From a virus, in the IMG/VR virus record IMGVR_UViG_3300017987_000006, positions 32,001-96,000 of that record: DNA of 64,000 bases; one strand, 5' to 3'. Below, piece after piece: positions 45,694 through 55,937 of the stretch. Position 1 is the stretch's first letter; each line of letters starts with the position of its first letter. Below the pieces are notes generated by a model. That model saw only the letters and a program-made list of their open reading frames with translations. It made no database searches and had not been told where the DNA came from. Both the position numbers and the translations under genes were made by a program.

Positions 45694-46014
45694 GTGTGGC
45701 CGTCATTCCTCGTTGTGCGTCGGATTTATCCAGAAGATGGAGGGGTTAAGCTCCTCCTCGCAGCGATCATTCGCCGTGCCGCCTTCGACATCGCGTTGTA
45801 CTCAAACGATCGACGTTTGGCCAACAGGAAGATTGCTGTGGGCGCATACAATTGGATGTTCTCTGACACAGACCCTGAGCATCAAGAAGATCGGTTTACA
45901 TCGTTCCTCAACATCTGTGAGGTCCTGGATATAGATCCGGGATGGATCAGAGATAGAACGATGAAGCTGAAGAGGGTCGATGTGAAGAAGTTCAACCTTG
46001 TGGGTCCGGCATGA
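45694..46014 (+). CDS. hypothetical phage protein
   Basis: AYNWMFS...SFLNICEVLDIDP motif. Confidence 0.55.
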   Translation: MWPSFLVVRRIYPEDGGVKLLLAAIIRRAAFDIALYSNDRRLANRKIAVGAYNWMFSDTDPEHQEDRFTSFLNICEVLDIDPGWIRDRTMKLKRVDVKKFNLVGPA

Positions 46015-48884
46015 GCAACTTCACCGAGCAAGAGGTACAGAACGCCGTTTCACAGTTCGTTCGTGAGGGGGTGAAGCTCCAAAGGAGTCAGCTGGGGCCA
46101 CTGGATACAAACAACACGTTCTCGGAAGTATTGGAGTATGCGGCGGGGACACTTGTCTTCAATCCGAGCTCCATCTTCTATTTGATCTCCCTAGCGGCCA
46201 ATCGTGTGAATCAAGACGTGGAGCTCGCGCTGGAGTACCTGGACGATATCCTGATTGGTATCAACGAGGTGGGGCGCGACACGGTGAAGGTCACCAGAAC
46301 ATCCCTGCTTGAGGACGCTGCCGCGGCTCTGCTCGAAGCAGAGCGGATCTTGACCGAATCATCCGCCATCACCGAGCGACAGTTTTCCAGGTATGAGGCT
46401 TCTCTGAACAAGTTCACAGAGGCCTCCCTGACGCCCAACATCCGCGAGTCCACAGGGCAGCCGTTTCCCAACACGTACCAGATCTCCAGGCCGCCGCAAA
46501 AAGCACAATCGGCGATCAAAACATCTGTCGCATCCCTCAGCACGCTGCACACCACGTTGCTGAGTGAGGTTTCCCAGCTGCGGAGCACCTTCAGCGAGTT
46601 CCTGGCATTGAATCTCCCGCTGCTATCCATCCAGGGAACGGTAGAGAAGGCCAGGACGGACCTGAGAACACTGAAGCGTGAGTTTGACGCCGCCACGACG
46701 GATGATGCGATCGGTATGACGCGGGACGCATTTTTACGCATCGAAGCCGGTAAGGCCGTCGTCCTGAATCTGACAAGTATCTCAGACCCGACAGAGGCGC
46801 GGATGGAGGGGACAACCTCCAACACGATACGAGCTCGCGTGTCTTCGTCTCCGGCGTCTGGAACGGCGGCCAGCATTGCCTTGACCAGGTCAGCGCCCTA
46901 CGAGGTAATCCCCGGAACGCAGGATTCTATCCAGCTCGCCGTGGATGGTGGAGGAACGCAAACAGCCACCATCATCCCGGCAGATCCCGCCTTCCTGGTG
47001 GGAACTCAGGGAGAGACGTTCGATATTCATGCGTCATCGGCCGCGAATTTAACAAGTGTGGGGGTTGGGCCGTATACTGTTCCAGCGTCTCCGAACAACG
47101 TCTTCGATGTGTTTGTGGACGGGATAGGGTATCGGGCGACTCTGACCTCGGGTTCCAGGACGGCGGCGCAGGTAGCTGCCAAGATCGATGCGGCAACACG
47201 CATCGATGGATCTCCAGGGACGTTCTCGGCCGTGGCCACGGCCTCAGATAGTGGCGGAAGTCTCCGGCTGCAGCACGACATCGCAGGTGAGAATACCATT
47301 ACGATCGGAGACCAAACGACGCTCAACACGGCACTTGGATTCACCTCCGGTCAATCTTCCACCGGACAGGCCGATAACAGAGAGATCAGATTCTTGGTGG
47401 ATGATGTGGTGGTTGTGGCCGCAACGCTAACCACAGGAACCAGGACAGCCGCACAGGTGGCGGCTGACATAGCTGGGGCTTCTGCCTCGATCGACGCTTC
47501 TGCGATCACTGTTGAAGCTCTGCCATCGAACCTGGAGGCGGTGAAGGTTCGATCTACAAGCTACGGGGACGGCTCCTCGATCGCGATTAAGCCGATAACA
47601 GACGTTCACCGAGAGGCGATGGAGACGTTAGGGTTCCTGGAAGATCAAACCGCTCGCAGCGAATCTACCAGCCTCGATACCCTGCACGAGGCAATCAATG
47701 CATTATCGGGTATCACTGCGGAGCAGAGCCGGGAGACGCTCCAGGAGGGAGACGGAGGGGAAACTATTCTGGATGGAGCTGACTACAAGTTACGCCTCGC
47801 CTCTGGTACAATCAACGCAACACCTGCCAGCGGCGATGTAATCAGGATCGTCGGCGGATCGAATGTTGGACACTACCGCATCACAGCTGTTTCATTGGGC
47901 GGAACGTTCGACGACGTCACGGTAGATCGCCCATTCCCAATTGTCACAGGCACAGAATCCCAGAACCAGTCCTGGGAGCTGCTGCGCGACGTGCTGATCA
48001 TTTCGTCAGACACGATCTCCTCGTCCTCTAGCCTGGAGGTAGTCGGTGGGACGCTGATCGCCGAGGTCGGTCTGACGGCGGGCACTGTCCGGGGCACCGT
48101 CTCCGGTGTTCGTGTCTCGTCCTCTGGGGTCGATCAGAGCTTCTCCGGCAACGATGTGCGGATCGGAGACCTGTTGACGTTAGCCGGGCCGACGTACTCC
48201 ACGACGCACACGGTGACGGATGTCACGGACGGAGGGTATCAAATCGAGGTGACGCCTGAAATCTCAAACGATATGTCGGCGCATCTATTCTCCATTCAGG
48301 GGTCAGCTTACGTCGAGTATCGGGAATTTGAAGATCAGATCTCCTATTGGGACTCAAACGTCCTCGGCCCATCATCTTTCAGCGAAAATATCTTGGAGCT
48401 CGAGCGGTTGCTGAACCCACTCCTCGTGAACAAGAATCCATCCGCAGCGCTGGTTAGCGGAGCGAGAACGGCGGCACAGAACCTCCAATCGATATACGAA
48501 GACCTGAGCACGATATTGGAGGATTTCAGCGTATCGGCCGTGACGCGGATCGACGCCCTGCTGGATATGCTGCTCGAGCGCGGATTAGACCGAGCGCATG
48601 AGCTTCTCCTTCTCGGCCAGGTATCGGAGTTTTTTAGCATGACCCGAGACAGCGCATCGTACAGCGGGAATCTTCTGGAGAAAATGCGAGAGATGGCTCA
48701 GAATGATGTACCACTGGGACGGGGCGCGGAGATGGGTCACACGGAGGAGAGGCTTCTCGGTAGTTATGAGGATACTGATTTCAACTGGGACTTCTCTGAT
48801 GCTGACGCAGAGTTGGACATTCCGGAGATCGACGATACGGTCTTGGAAGAGGAAGAGGATGACTTCTTGACAAAGGTTTACTAG
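46011..48884 (+). CDS. large putative tail/baseplate structural protein
   Basis: 957 aa; helical termini with beta-repeat core. Confidence 0.6.
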   Translation: MSNFTEQEVQNAVSQFVREGVKLQRSQLGPLDTNNTFSEVLEYAAGTLVFNPSSIFYLISLAANRVNQDVELALEYLDDILIGINEVGRDTVKVTRTSLLEDAAAALLEAERILTESSAITERQFSRYEASLNKFTEASLTPNIRESTGQPFPNTYQISRPPQKAQSAIKTSVASLSTLHTTLLSEVSQLRSTFSEFLALNLPLLSIQGTVEKARTDLRTLKREFDAATTDDAIGMTRDAFLRIEAGKAVVLNLTSISDPTEARMEGTTSNTIRARVSSSPASGTAASIALTRSAPYEVIPGTQDSIQLAVDGGGTQTATIIPADPAFLVGTQGETFDIHASSAANLTSVGVGPYTVPASPNNVFDVFVDGIGYRATLTSGSRTAAQVAAKIDAATRIDGSPGTFSAVATASDSGGSLRLQHDIAGENTITIGDQTTLNTALGFTSGQSSTGQADNREIRFLVDDVVVVAATLTTGTRTAAQVAADIAGASASIDASAITVEALPSNLEAVKVRSTSYGDGSSIAIKPITDVHREAMETLGFLEDQTARSESTSLDTLHEAINALSGITAEQSRETLQEGDGGETILDGADYKLRLASGTINATPASGDVIRIVGGSNVGHYRITAVSLGGTFDDVTVDRPFPIVTGTESQNQSWELLRDVLIISSDTISSSSSLEVVGGTLIAEVGLTAGTVRGTVSGVRVSSSGVDQSFSGNDVRIGDLLTLAGPTYSTTHTVTDVTDGGYQIEVTPEISNDMSAHLFSIQGSAYVEYREFEDQISYWDSNVLGPSSFSENILELERLLNPLLVNKNPSAALVSGARTAAQNLQSIYEDLSTILEDFSVSAVTRIDALLDMLLERGLDRAHELLLLGQVSEFFSMTRDSASYSGNLLEKMREMAQNDVPLGRGAEMGHTEERLLGSYEDTDFNWDFSDADAELDIPEIDDTVLEEEEDDFLTKVY

Positions 48885-48887
48885 CCA

Positions 48888-49241
48888 GTGCCGCCGAGAA
48901 ACGAGAGAGCGGTCTCACCAGAGGCCCAGCAGACTCAGTTGAATCTCCAGATCAGAACTGTTCTGGGGGAAGCATACGCATTTCTGGTAGGGGAGCAGTA
49001 TGCTGAGAGCATCGCTGCAGTCTCGCTTGAAACATTGATGCGGGAACAGATAGATCAGATCCAGGGGACGTCGGGCCGTACCTCCATCCGCCTGAATCAG
49101 ATCGATCGTATTGATAGGATGTTGGCGCAGCTGAGTCAGGTTGTGGATGCCGTGACAGCCCTGCCTCCAGAGGCGTTCCAAATCGAGGCCAGTGAAGAAA
49201 CCCAGAACGTTAATTCTCCATTAGACGGGATACCGGAGTAA
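48888..49241 (+). CDS. hypothetical protein
   Basis: 117-aa ORF. Confidence 0.5.
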   Translation: MPPRNERAVSPEAQQTQLNLQIRTVLGEAYAFLVGEQYAESIAAVSLETLMREQIDQIQGTSGRTSIRLNQIDRIDRMLAQLSQVVDAVTALPPEAFQIEASEETQNVNSPLDGIPE

Positions 49242-49891
49242 TGGACATCCAGGTTGTATATCTGCGCGACGTTCTCAATGTCACTTCCGTGACCAACGTT
49301 CCCGACATGGTTCCACGGACATTAGACGTGCGGGGTCCTGATTTTCGGAGCGTGGATCGCGTGGAGGTGAACGAGGAGGATTCTCCGAGCTTCATCGTGA
49401 TGAGCAGTAAGCGGATTTTAGCCCAGGTTCCGCCATCGCAAGAACAGCAGGCTATTCGATCCATCTCCGTTCTCAGCAGCAGGTTCACCAAGACCGATCG
49501 CAGCCAGGTAAAGTTCGAGTTTACGAACCACCCGAAGAGGGCGACCGGGCTCATCAAATTGATCCAGACTTTCCTCCTCTACTTGATGCGGACCCCAGGA
49601 ACAGATGCCTGGTATCCAAACTCCGGCGGGGGCGTCATGCGTTTGATCGGATCAACATTTTCCAGGAACCAGACAGGTGGTGTGGCGGCCGATTTCACCA
49701 CCGCGGTCAGCCGTACCAGGACCCAGATCATGGCCTTGCAGGCATCACGCCCGCGTTTGGCATCATCGGAAAAGCTGGCCGGTGCCCAGGTCCTGCAAGC
49801 CATCTTCAGCCCGGAGCAAACAGCGTTGCTCGCGCGGGTGGAGCTGTCGAACCAGTCTGGTGAGCGGGCCATCGTAGGCTTGGAGCTCTAA
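49241..49891 (+). CDS. baseplate wedge gp25-like protein (C-terminal)
   Basis: KLIQTFLLYLMRTPGTDAWYPNSGGG...SEKLAGAQV; directly before baseplate J-like gene. Confidence 0.6.
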   Translation: MDIQVVYLRDVLNVTSVTNVPDMVPRTLDVRGPDFRSVDRVEVNEEDSPSFIVMSSKRILAQVPPSQEQQAIRSISVLSSRFTKTDRSQVKFEFTNHPKRATGLIKLIQTFLLYLMRTPGTDAWYPNSGGGVMRLIGSTFSRNQTGGVAADFTTAVSRTRTQIMALQASRPRLASSEKLAGAQVLQAIFSPEQTALLARVELSNQSGERAIVGLEL

Positions 49892-49893
49892 AA

Positions 49894-52800
49894 ATGGCAG
49901 GAACAGAAGACCTTCGCGAGTTCATTGAAGAGCGTCTACTCATTTACGATCCGGACATGGACATCTCAGATGGATCTCCAGCGGATGTGGAGATTATCGA
50001 TCCGATCGTGCGGCGCTACACCCCAGACCCGTTCGAGACAGACATTCGCTCGTTTATCCAGACCAGGCTGGAGCAGGAATACCCCGATCTGGACAAGGAA
50101 GAGGGCGATGTTTTGATGGACCTCCTGGTAAAGCCGGGAGAGGTCCTTCTTGATCCGATCATCCGTGAGGTGGAGTTCCTTCGCAAGAATAAGTCCCTCA
50201 ACGATCCAGATCTACTGTCTCCGTCAGAGGCGGACTCGTTGATGGGGAACATCTTTGTTTCGCGCTCGCGGGGGACGTTGTCTGTTGGACAAGTCCGGGT
50301 GTACTTCAACGCCCCCATCGCCGTTTCGTTGTCTATCAGCAATGTGGCGTCTACTGCAACCGGCCTAAACTTCATCCCGTCCTCGACGCAGGAGATTTCC
50401 GCTGAGGCGATGTTGTTCAACCAGGACGGCAGCCTGTTCTACTTCGATGCGTTTTACCAGGCCGAGCAGGAGGGGACGGAGTACAACATTGAGGCTGGAG
50501 AGATCATTTCGATCTCTAACGTGCAAGCATCGGTGAAGATTACGAACCTTTCTAGGTTCCGTGATGGATCTCCAGAAGAGAGCACGTTGAACTTCATCGG
50601 CCGCGGAGAGGACAGCGTGACTGAGCGATCTCTCGTCATCCCGCGTGGGACGATCGCTCGTCTGTTTGATCAGTTTCAGGACCTTCAGCACCTTCAAATC
50701 GTCGGGTTCAAAGATCCGGAAATGGAGCGGGACGTCGTCACTGGCGGAGGCCTTGGTCCCATCGTTCTCTACGGGACGGACGGTCAGACCTCGGACGATG
50801 GGGACGGAGATGGGTACGCCACGTTGGTAGAAAGTCCGGCCGGGGGCTTCGTCGCCAATGTCGGAGCGATAGGACCTGTCGAGGGTTACTCCATAACCAT
50901 CGCTGGAGAAGACTATCCAATCGTGGAGGTGGTGAGTGACGAGATCATCAGGATAACGGCGTCGGGCGGCGGGATCCCAGATCTAGCGGACACACTTTCT
51001 GGAGAGCAGTTTTATGTCCGGAAGAACGTCATCACCTTATCTGGAATCCCAGGCGGTATTATTGGGGAGTCTATCAATGGCGAAGTGGAGATTAACGATA
51101 ATGAGATCCACATCGGAGGCTGCACGGACTTCCACATTCGAGGTACATCTCTGGAGGACTCGACACAGACCATCGAGGCGGTAACAGACGAAGATCCGAT
51201 CACGGAGGGGACGGGGCTCCGAACTAAGCAAGCCACGCTCCCCGATGACGTCGTCGAAGATCCCACGCTTTTGGCTGCAAACGATTTCGTCGCCATGGAA
51301 GTCCAGGTGGGTCAGACACTGGTAATCGAGACTGACGCTGGAAACGCCGGGCCGTACCAGATCATTAAAGTGGCTCCTGGAGGAAACGGGCAGCGGCTAC
51401 AGGTAGATCCGGCCCCAGGATCTACCGTAAGCGATCAAAAATACAAGATCGTAGATACGATCGATGTGAATTTGAACGAGCCAAAGACTGTGCGCGGGTC
51501 CGGAACCGATCTGAAGACTATCTTAGGCAGCACGCAGGTCAGCACTGTCGCCGAAGTCGACTTTGATCAGCTTGGCGTGGAGGAGGGAGACGTCCTTCGT
51601 ATTGGCGGTAACACGTTGAACGCGGGGGACTACACGGTGGTATCCATCAGCGGCACCGGGAACAAGTTGCTGACAGTTGATTCACAGATGCGGAAGACAA
51701 GCAGCTCCGAGACGTGGCAGGTCTACAAAGCGCAGGAGGGGATGAGCCCCCCTGTCCTTCGCATCACCAGCATCGACATTCTAGACTCGTCGAAGCAGCC
51801 AACGGGGAACACTATTCCCTACGCAGATCCCATCGATATCCGTTCTACGGCATTCTCCAACATCGGTATCGGGGAGAAGCTGGAAGTGACGGATGCCCGG
51901 ATTGGGATCTTGGGGTTGACTGACCTGTCTGGTGCAATCGCGACCATCAACACCAAACAGTTGAAGGTCCGCATCAACAACGGTGCAGTCAATACCATTA
52001 CCTTCTCCGGTGTGGTCGCCGTTCAGGATATTATCGATCAGATCAATGCCGGGATATCAGGATTCAATGTCGCCGATATCGTAGAGGTGAATGGGGTCTC
52101 CAGACTTTCGATGCGTTCGCGCAACAACTGGATTTGGATTGATCGTACGGGAACAGCGAATACGGACCTTGGTTTATCCACGTCGTTCGACGAGGACAAC
52201 CGTCAGGTAATCAGCTCGTCGATCTCCGATTGGACATCATCCCTTTACGGGTTGGTCTCGGAGCGTGATTCAGTTTACGTACTGACGGGCGATAACATCG
52301 AGTTCTGGTTCTTGCAGGAAGTCGTAGCCGATCGACTACTGATTGTGCGAGTGCAGGATGGGAAGGCCGTGTTTCCGCTGACCGATGAGAGCGCAACAGT
52401 GCGTCTAGGGTCTCGTTCCTTCGGCAAGGTACGCTGCTACTTCCTCGAACCCACCTCGTTCGAGGTCCGGGGGGCTTACCGTCGGGCGGCATTGAGTGAG
52501 ACGAACCACGACCCGAACGTCGTGTTGGGCGTTCAGAGTGATGAGCCTCCGCGGGCGGAGTTTTCCTTCGATGTCTTCGGTGATGAGTCAGCGTTCTACA
52601 GGTACTTCCCAGATCCGGCCCTGGAACACCAGCTCCTCCCTGTGACAGACGAAGACGTCCCGGACAACCTTTACATCGCTAACATCGGCGACGTCTATGT
52701 GGAGAGCGAGAAGGACCCACCCTTAGGTCCCGGTCAATTTTCCAGGGATGCGGAAATAGATTTTCTGCTGCGAGAGGCGCAGCCGGGAGATATTTTGGAA

Positions 52801-53994
52801 GTAACGTACCATCCGGTCCAGGGGACGGCCGATATCCGTGCTGTTGGATCGGGCGGCACTGTGGACTATGCTTTAGTCCCCTCTAAGACGTTGATCTTCT
52901 CGCTCGAGAACGGCCCAGATAGAACCGTCACCTTTTCTGCTCAGGTGAGCAGCCCAGAGCGGGTCGTGAGCGAAATCAACAACCAGCTGGGAGAGACGGT
53001 AGCTTATATTGAAGAGGATACGGGCACGAACGCCAAGTATCTCCGCCTTGAGGCTGACTTTTCATTCATCCTGCGCTCGCCCGGGACGGCAATGGCGCTC
53101 CTGGGAATGACGAGCGTGGCCGGGAACAACGACGCTCCGGCCAAGGGCAAGTACATCATCTCAGATGTGGGGTACATCTCCGGGACGACATCGAACCATA
53201 TGCGAATGACGATTGGGAGCAAGGTTGGTGATGCTGGGTGGACGTCGTTCACTGCTGGGGAAATCGGACCATCGCAGCACTTCACCATCGTTCGTCCGGG
53301 ATTGCAGCGTGTGAGCGCGACGGATATGCAGGACAACGTTGAGGGCTCACTCTATTACGCCGACATCGAGCTGGTCTCGTTCGGTCCAGGAGACGAGTTC
53401 AACGTGGGTGCGGATGAGCGATTCTTGGTGCAAGATCACTACTCGGAGGGATACCGTATCGCGAACGACGATGAGAACCTGGCCTTCTCGACAGAGGAGG
53501 AGTTGTCGATGACCATCAGCCGTCGTGTGCTGCTTCCGGGCGGGACAGACTCTCCCGAGAACATGACGCAGATCTCTCAGCAAAACCTGCAGATCAATTA
53601 TGAGAGATCTCCGCTGGTCGAGCAGATTCAAAACTTCGCGTCCAGCGAGTTGGACCGAGTGCTCGTGGCCAGCATTTTGGTCCGCCATCTTATCCCACAC
53701 TTTGTTCGATTTGAGCTGGATTATGTGGGCGGCTCAAAGGTCTCTGTGGTTCGGGCAGACATCGAAGATCTGTTGGACAGCCTCCTGCCAGACGACGAAC
53801 TCGAGGCTACCGCCGTCACGGAGCTCCCACGCAAGCGTGGGGCCACGAGCGTAGAGGCTCCACTCACATTGATCGGAGTGGTTCACAATGTGGACAGGAC
53901 CATCGAGGCGGACCGATCACAGAACGCCATCAGCACCGGCAGGCTGGCGACGTTTATCGAGGATATTATCACAATCACTCGGGTTCAGAGTTGA
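49894..53994 (+). CDS. baseplate J/gp6-like wedge protein with inserted beta domains
   Basis: N-terminal D.SDGS....DLLV...GNIFVSRSRGTLSVGQVRVYF...FDAFYQAEQEGTEYNI...ITNLSRFRDGSPEES. Confidence 0.75.
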   Translation: MAGTEDLREFIEERLLIYDPDMDISDGSPADVEIIDPIVRRYTPDPFETDIRSFIQTRLEQEYPDLDKEEGDVLMDLLVKPGEVLLDPIIREVEFLRKNKSLNDPDLLSPSEADSLMGNIFVSRSRGTLSVGQVRVYFNAPIAVSLSISNVASTATGLNFIPSSTQEISAEAMLFNQDGSLFYFDAFYQAEQEGTEYNIEAGEIISISNVQASVKITNLSRFRDGSPEESTLNFIGRGEDSVTERSLVIPRGTIARLFDQFQDLQHLQIVGFKDPEMERDVVTGGGLGPIVLYGTDGQTSDDGDGDGYATLVESPAGGFVANVGAIGPVEGYSITIAGEDYPIVEVVSDEIIRITASGGGIPDLADTLSGEQFYVRKNVITLSGIPGGIIGESINGEVEINDNEIHIGGCTDFHIRGTSLEDSTQTIEAVTDEDPITEGTGLRTKQATLPDDVVEDPTLLAANDFVAMEVQVGQTLVIETDAGNAGPYQIIKVAPGGNGQRLQVDPAPGSTVSDQKYKIVDTIDVNLNEPKTVRGSGTDLKTILGSTQVSTVAEVDFDQLGVEEGDVLRIGGNTLNAGDYTVVSISGTGNKLLTVDSQMRKTSSSETWQVYKAQEGMSPPVLRITSIDILDSSKQPTGNTIPYADPIDIRSTAFSNIGIGEKLEVTDARIGILGLTDLSGAIATINTKQLKVRINNGAVNTITFSGVVAVQDIIDQINAGISGFNVADIVEVNGVSRLSMRSRNNWIWIDRTGTANTDLGLSTSFDEDNRQVISSSISDWTSSLYGLVSERDSVYVLTGDNIEFWFLQEVVADRLLIVRVQDGKAVFPLTDESATVRLGSRSFGKVRCYFLEPTSFEVRGAYRRAALSETNHDPNVVLGVQSDEPPRAEFSFDVFGDESAFYRYFPDPALEHQLLPVTDEDVPDNLYIANIGDVYVESEKDPPLGPGQFSRDAEIDFLLREAQPGDILEVTYHPVQGTADIRAVGSGGTVDYALVPSKTLIFSLENGPDRTVTFSAQVSSPERVVSEINNQLGETVAYIEEDTGTNAKYLRLEADFSFILRSPGTAMALLGMTSVAGNNDAPAKGKYIISDVGYISGTTSNHMRMTIGSKVGDAGWTSFTAGEIGPSQHFTIVRPGLQRVSATDMQDNVEGSLYYADIELVSFGPGDEFNVGADERFLVQDHYSEGYRIANDDENLAFSTEEELSMTISRRVLLPGGTDSPENMTQISQQNLQINYERSPLVEQIQNFASSELDRVLVASILVRHLIPHFVRFELDYVGGSKVSVVRADIEDLLDSLLPDDELEATAVTELPRKRGATSVEAPLTLIGVVHNVDRTIEADRSQNAISTGRLATFIEDIITITRVQS

Positions 53995-54385
53995 TGATAG
54001 GTGTGGTTGGCTCGACGGCTTTGGCGACGTTCCCGATCCGAATAATCATACCAGTGTGAGGATCGAACTGTTCTCCGCAGGCCAGACACTCCAGGTAAAA
54101 CTTCGGCAGGGGAGCGTCGCCGTTGAACATGGTCCTATGGTCTGCCAGCTTTTTGCAACTTCCGCCGCAGCGAGGACAAGCCTGGGACGCGTAGTACTTT
54201 TCGTTTTCTCTTGCCAGAGGCGACAGTACGTCCTCGTGACCTTCGATCAATTTTTGTATAATTTCGGGGTCCAGAAATTTCAGAGACATGGGATTATATT
54301 GCCTCACGTGAGGTGTCAATACAAGATTTGACCTAAGACTACCGAAAGCTGTAGAATTTTCCATCCATCGGAAGGAGATCCACAC
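53975..54385 (-). CDS. Zn-ribbon protein, antisense within the tail operon (real start probably MSLKFLDPE)
   Basis: CPRCGG...CLACG. Confidence 0.6.
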   Translation of the reverse strand: MWISFRWMENSTAFGSLRSNLVLTPHVRQYNPMSLKFLDPEIIQKLIEGHEDVLSPLARENEKYYASQACPRCGGSCKKLADHRTMFNGDAPLPKFYLECLACGEQFDPHTGMIIRIGNVAKAVEPTTPIINSEPE

Positions 54386-54386
54386 A

Positions 54387-54554
54387 ATGTCATTTCAGGT
54401 GAAATGTGATACTTGTGAAACAACGGTTGACTGCCCAACAGTGCAGCCAAGACCGCCCCACATTCCACGCGAGCCGGACGGTTGGCAAGTGAAGATCTAC
54501 GCTAACGGTACCATAGAAACCCTCTGCCCCGATTGCAAAGACGAGCCGGAGTAA
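54387..54554 (+). CDS. 55-aa Zn-ribbon protein (not in ORF track)
   Basis: manual translation MSFQVKCDTC...LCPDCKDEPE*; AAGGAG RBS; upstream TTGACC-18-TAGAAT. Confidence 0.6.
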   Translation: MSFQVKCDTCETTVDCPTVQPRPPHIPREPDGWQVKIYANGTIETLCPDCKDEPE

Positions 54555-54557
54555 GAC

Positions 54558-55925
54558 ATGACTCTCAGATATTTAAACGGGGTAGTTGTTGGTGGCCCAC
54601 GCAGTGTGATTGGAAGCGGCTATGGCCATGCGCACCAGCAATTTTTGCGTTTGATGTACAACTGGTTGATCGACGAGTGCGGGTGGACCAAGATCGAGGA
54701 CAATGAGAATGCTCGTTGGACACACACAGTCGCCGAGGATACAGCCGACGGCGCGACCGACACGACAGGTGGCGGAGATGTGGAAAAGTTCACGTCCACG
54801 TCTACCGACTTCTCTACACTGGGTATAGATCCGTCAACCACTCGCTACTACCTGTACGTTACTGGTTTTTCCACTGACGGCGAATACCGAAACGGATTCT
54901 ATCTGGTAGACAGGATTGACAGGACGAACGGGAAGATCTTGTACATCAGGAAGCGCTACTCTCATCGAACGGATGGCTTTCTTCTTGACGAGACTGGCCT
55001 CGATTGGAAGCTGTTTGATTTTTATTCTACAGACCGCGATCTCTGCGTTAGTCAAACATCTGTTTATGCAGTGCTGCAAGGAACTGGAACCGGTGGGGAT
55101 TTCCATCTGTTCATGGAGGCATTCAAGGGCCAGAACTTTATGAAGGATAGATTTGCCATCTCTCCATACGCCGACTGGGACGATCCGGGCAGTGATCCGT
55201 ATTCTGGTGGAGATGGATCATGGACACCCACCTCAGGTTGGGCTGCGCCACTCAGAGCAACAGATCTACAGGGCTACAACCAGGGCCATGGTTCCGCCGA
55301 TGCGTACAGAGATAGCGCAGTCGTGTTCGGTTTCGCTGACGCGGATGTGGCTTTTTTCTGGGTACGGCATTACCAGTACGACATGTTGTGGAGTTCCACG
55401 GCCAGTGCTCTCGTACATACAGCATACTATTTCGGGGACCTCGACATTCCTGCCGTACGGCAAGCCGTCGATCCAAATCCGGTTGTGTGCATGCCTTTGA
55501 AATTGGACCTGACAACCATGCGCCTGCATTATGTGGCTAGTTCCGGAATAGCACGCAATAATCCTGGGCATGTGGGGATGTTGGACGGAAGCGACGTGTC
55601 TACTCAAGGACGTTGCGCATGGTGGTCTGAAAACGGAGCTGGTAACAGTGCTACGTCCTCCGTCTTAGAAAACGGAAACCAGCTTAGAGACAGATCTTTC
55701 CATTCCGGGAACAAGTTCAGACTCCCAATTCCAGTATTGAATGATGCTTCCGGAAAGGTCGAGTTGAGGGGATTCTTAAAATATCTCAACTTTACTCACC
55801 TGTTTGGGTCTAATATGACGCTTACTCCATTCGGAAATGCCCCCGGAGACCCCAGAGACAGATTCGTTCTAGCAGGTGTAGAAATGCCCTGGAACCGCTC
55901 GGGCATGTACATCAACGTTTTCTAA
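54558..55925 (+). CDS. putative tail fibre/receptor-binding-associated protein
   Basis: 455 aa, Trp/Gly/Asp-rich. Confidence 0.55.
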   Translation: MTLRYLNGVVVGGPRSVIGSGYGHAHQQFLRLMYNWLIDECGWTKIEDNENARWTHTVAEDTADGATDTTGGGDVEKFTSTSTDFSTLGIDPSTTRYYLYVTGFSTDGEYRNGFYLVDRIDRTNGKILYIRKRYSHRTDGFLLDETGLDWKLFDFYSTDRDLCVSQTSVYAVLQGTGTGGDFHLFMEAFKGQNFMKDRFAISPYADWDDPGSDPYSGGDGSWTPTSGWAAPLRATDLQGYNQGHGSADAYRDSAVVFGFADADVAFFWVRHYQYDMLWSSTASALVHTAYYFGDLDIPAVRQAVDPNPVVCMPLKLDLTTMRLHYVASSGIARNNPGHVGMLDGSDVSTQGRCAWWSENGAGNSATSSVLENGNQLRDRSFHSGNKFRLPIPVLNDASGKVELRGFLKYLNFTHLFGSNMTLTPFGNAPGDPRDRFVLAGVEMPWNRSGMYINVF

Positions 55926-55937
55926 GGAGCCTAGCAG

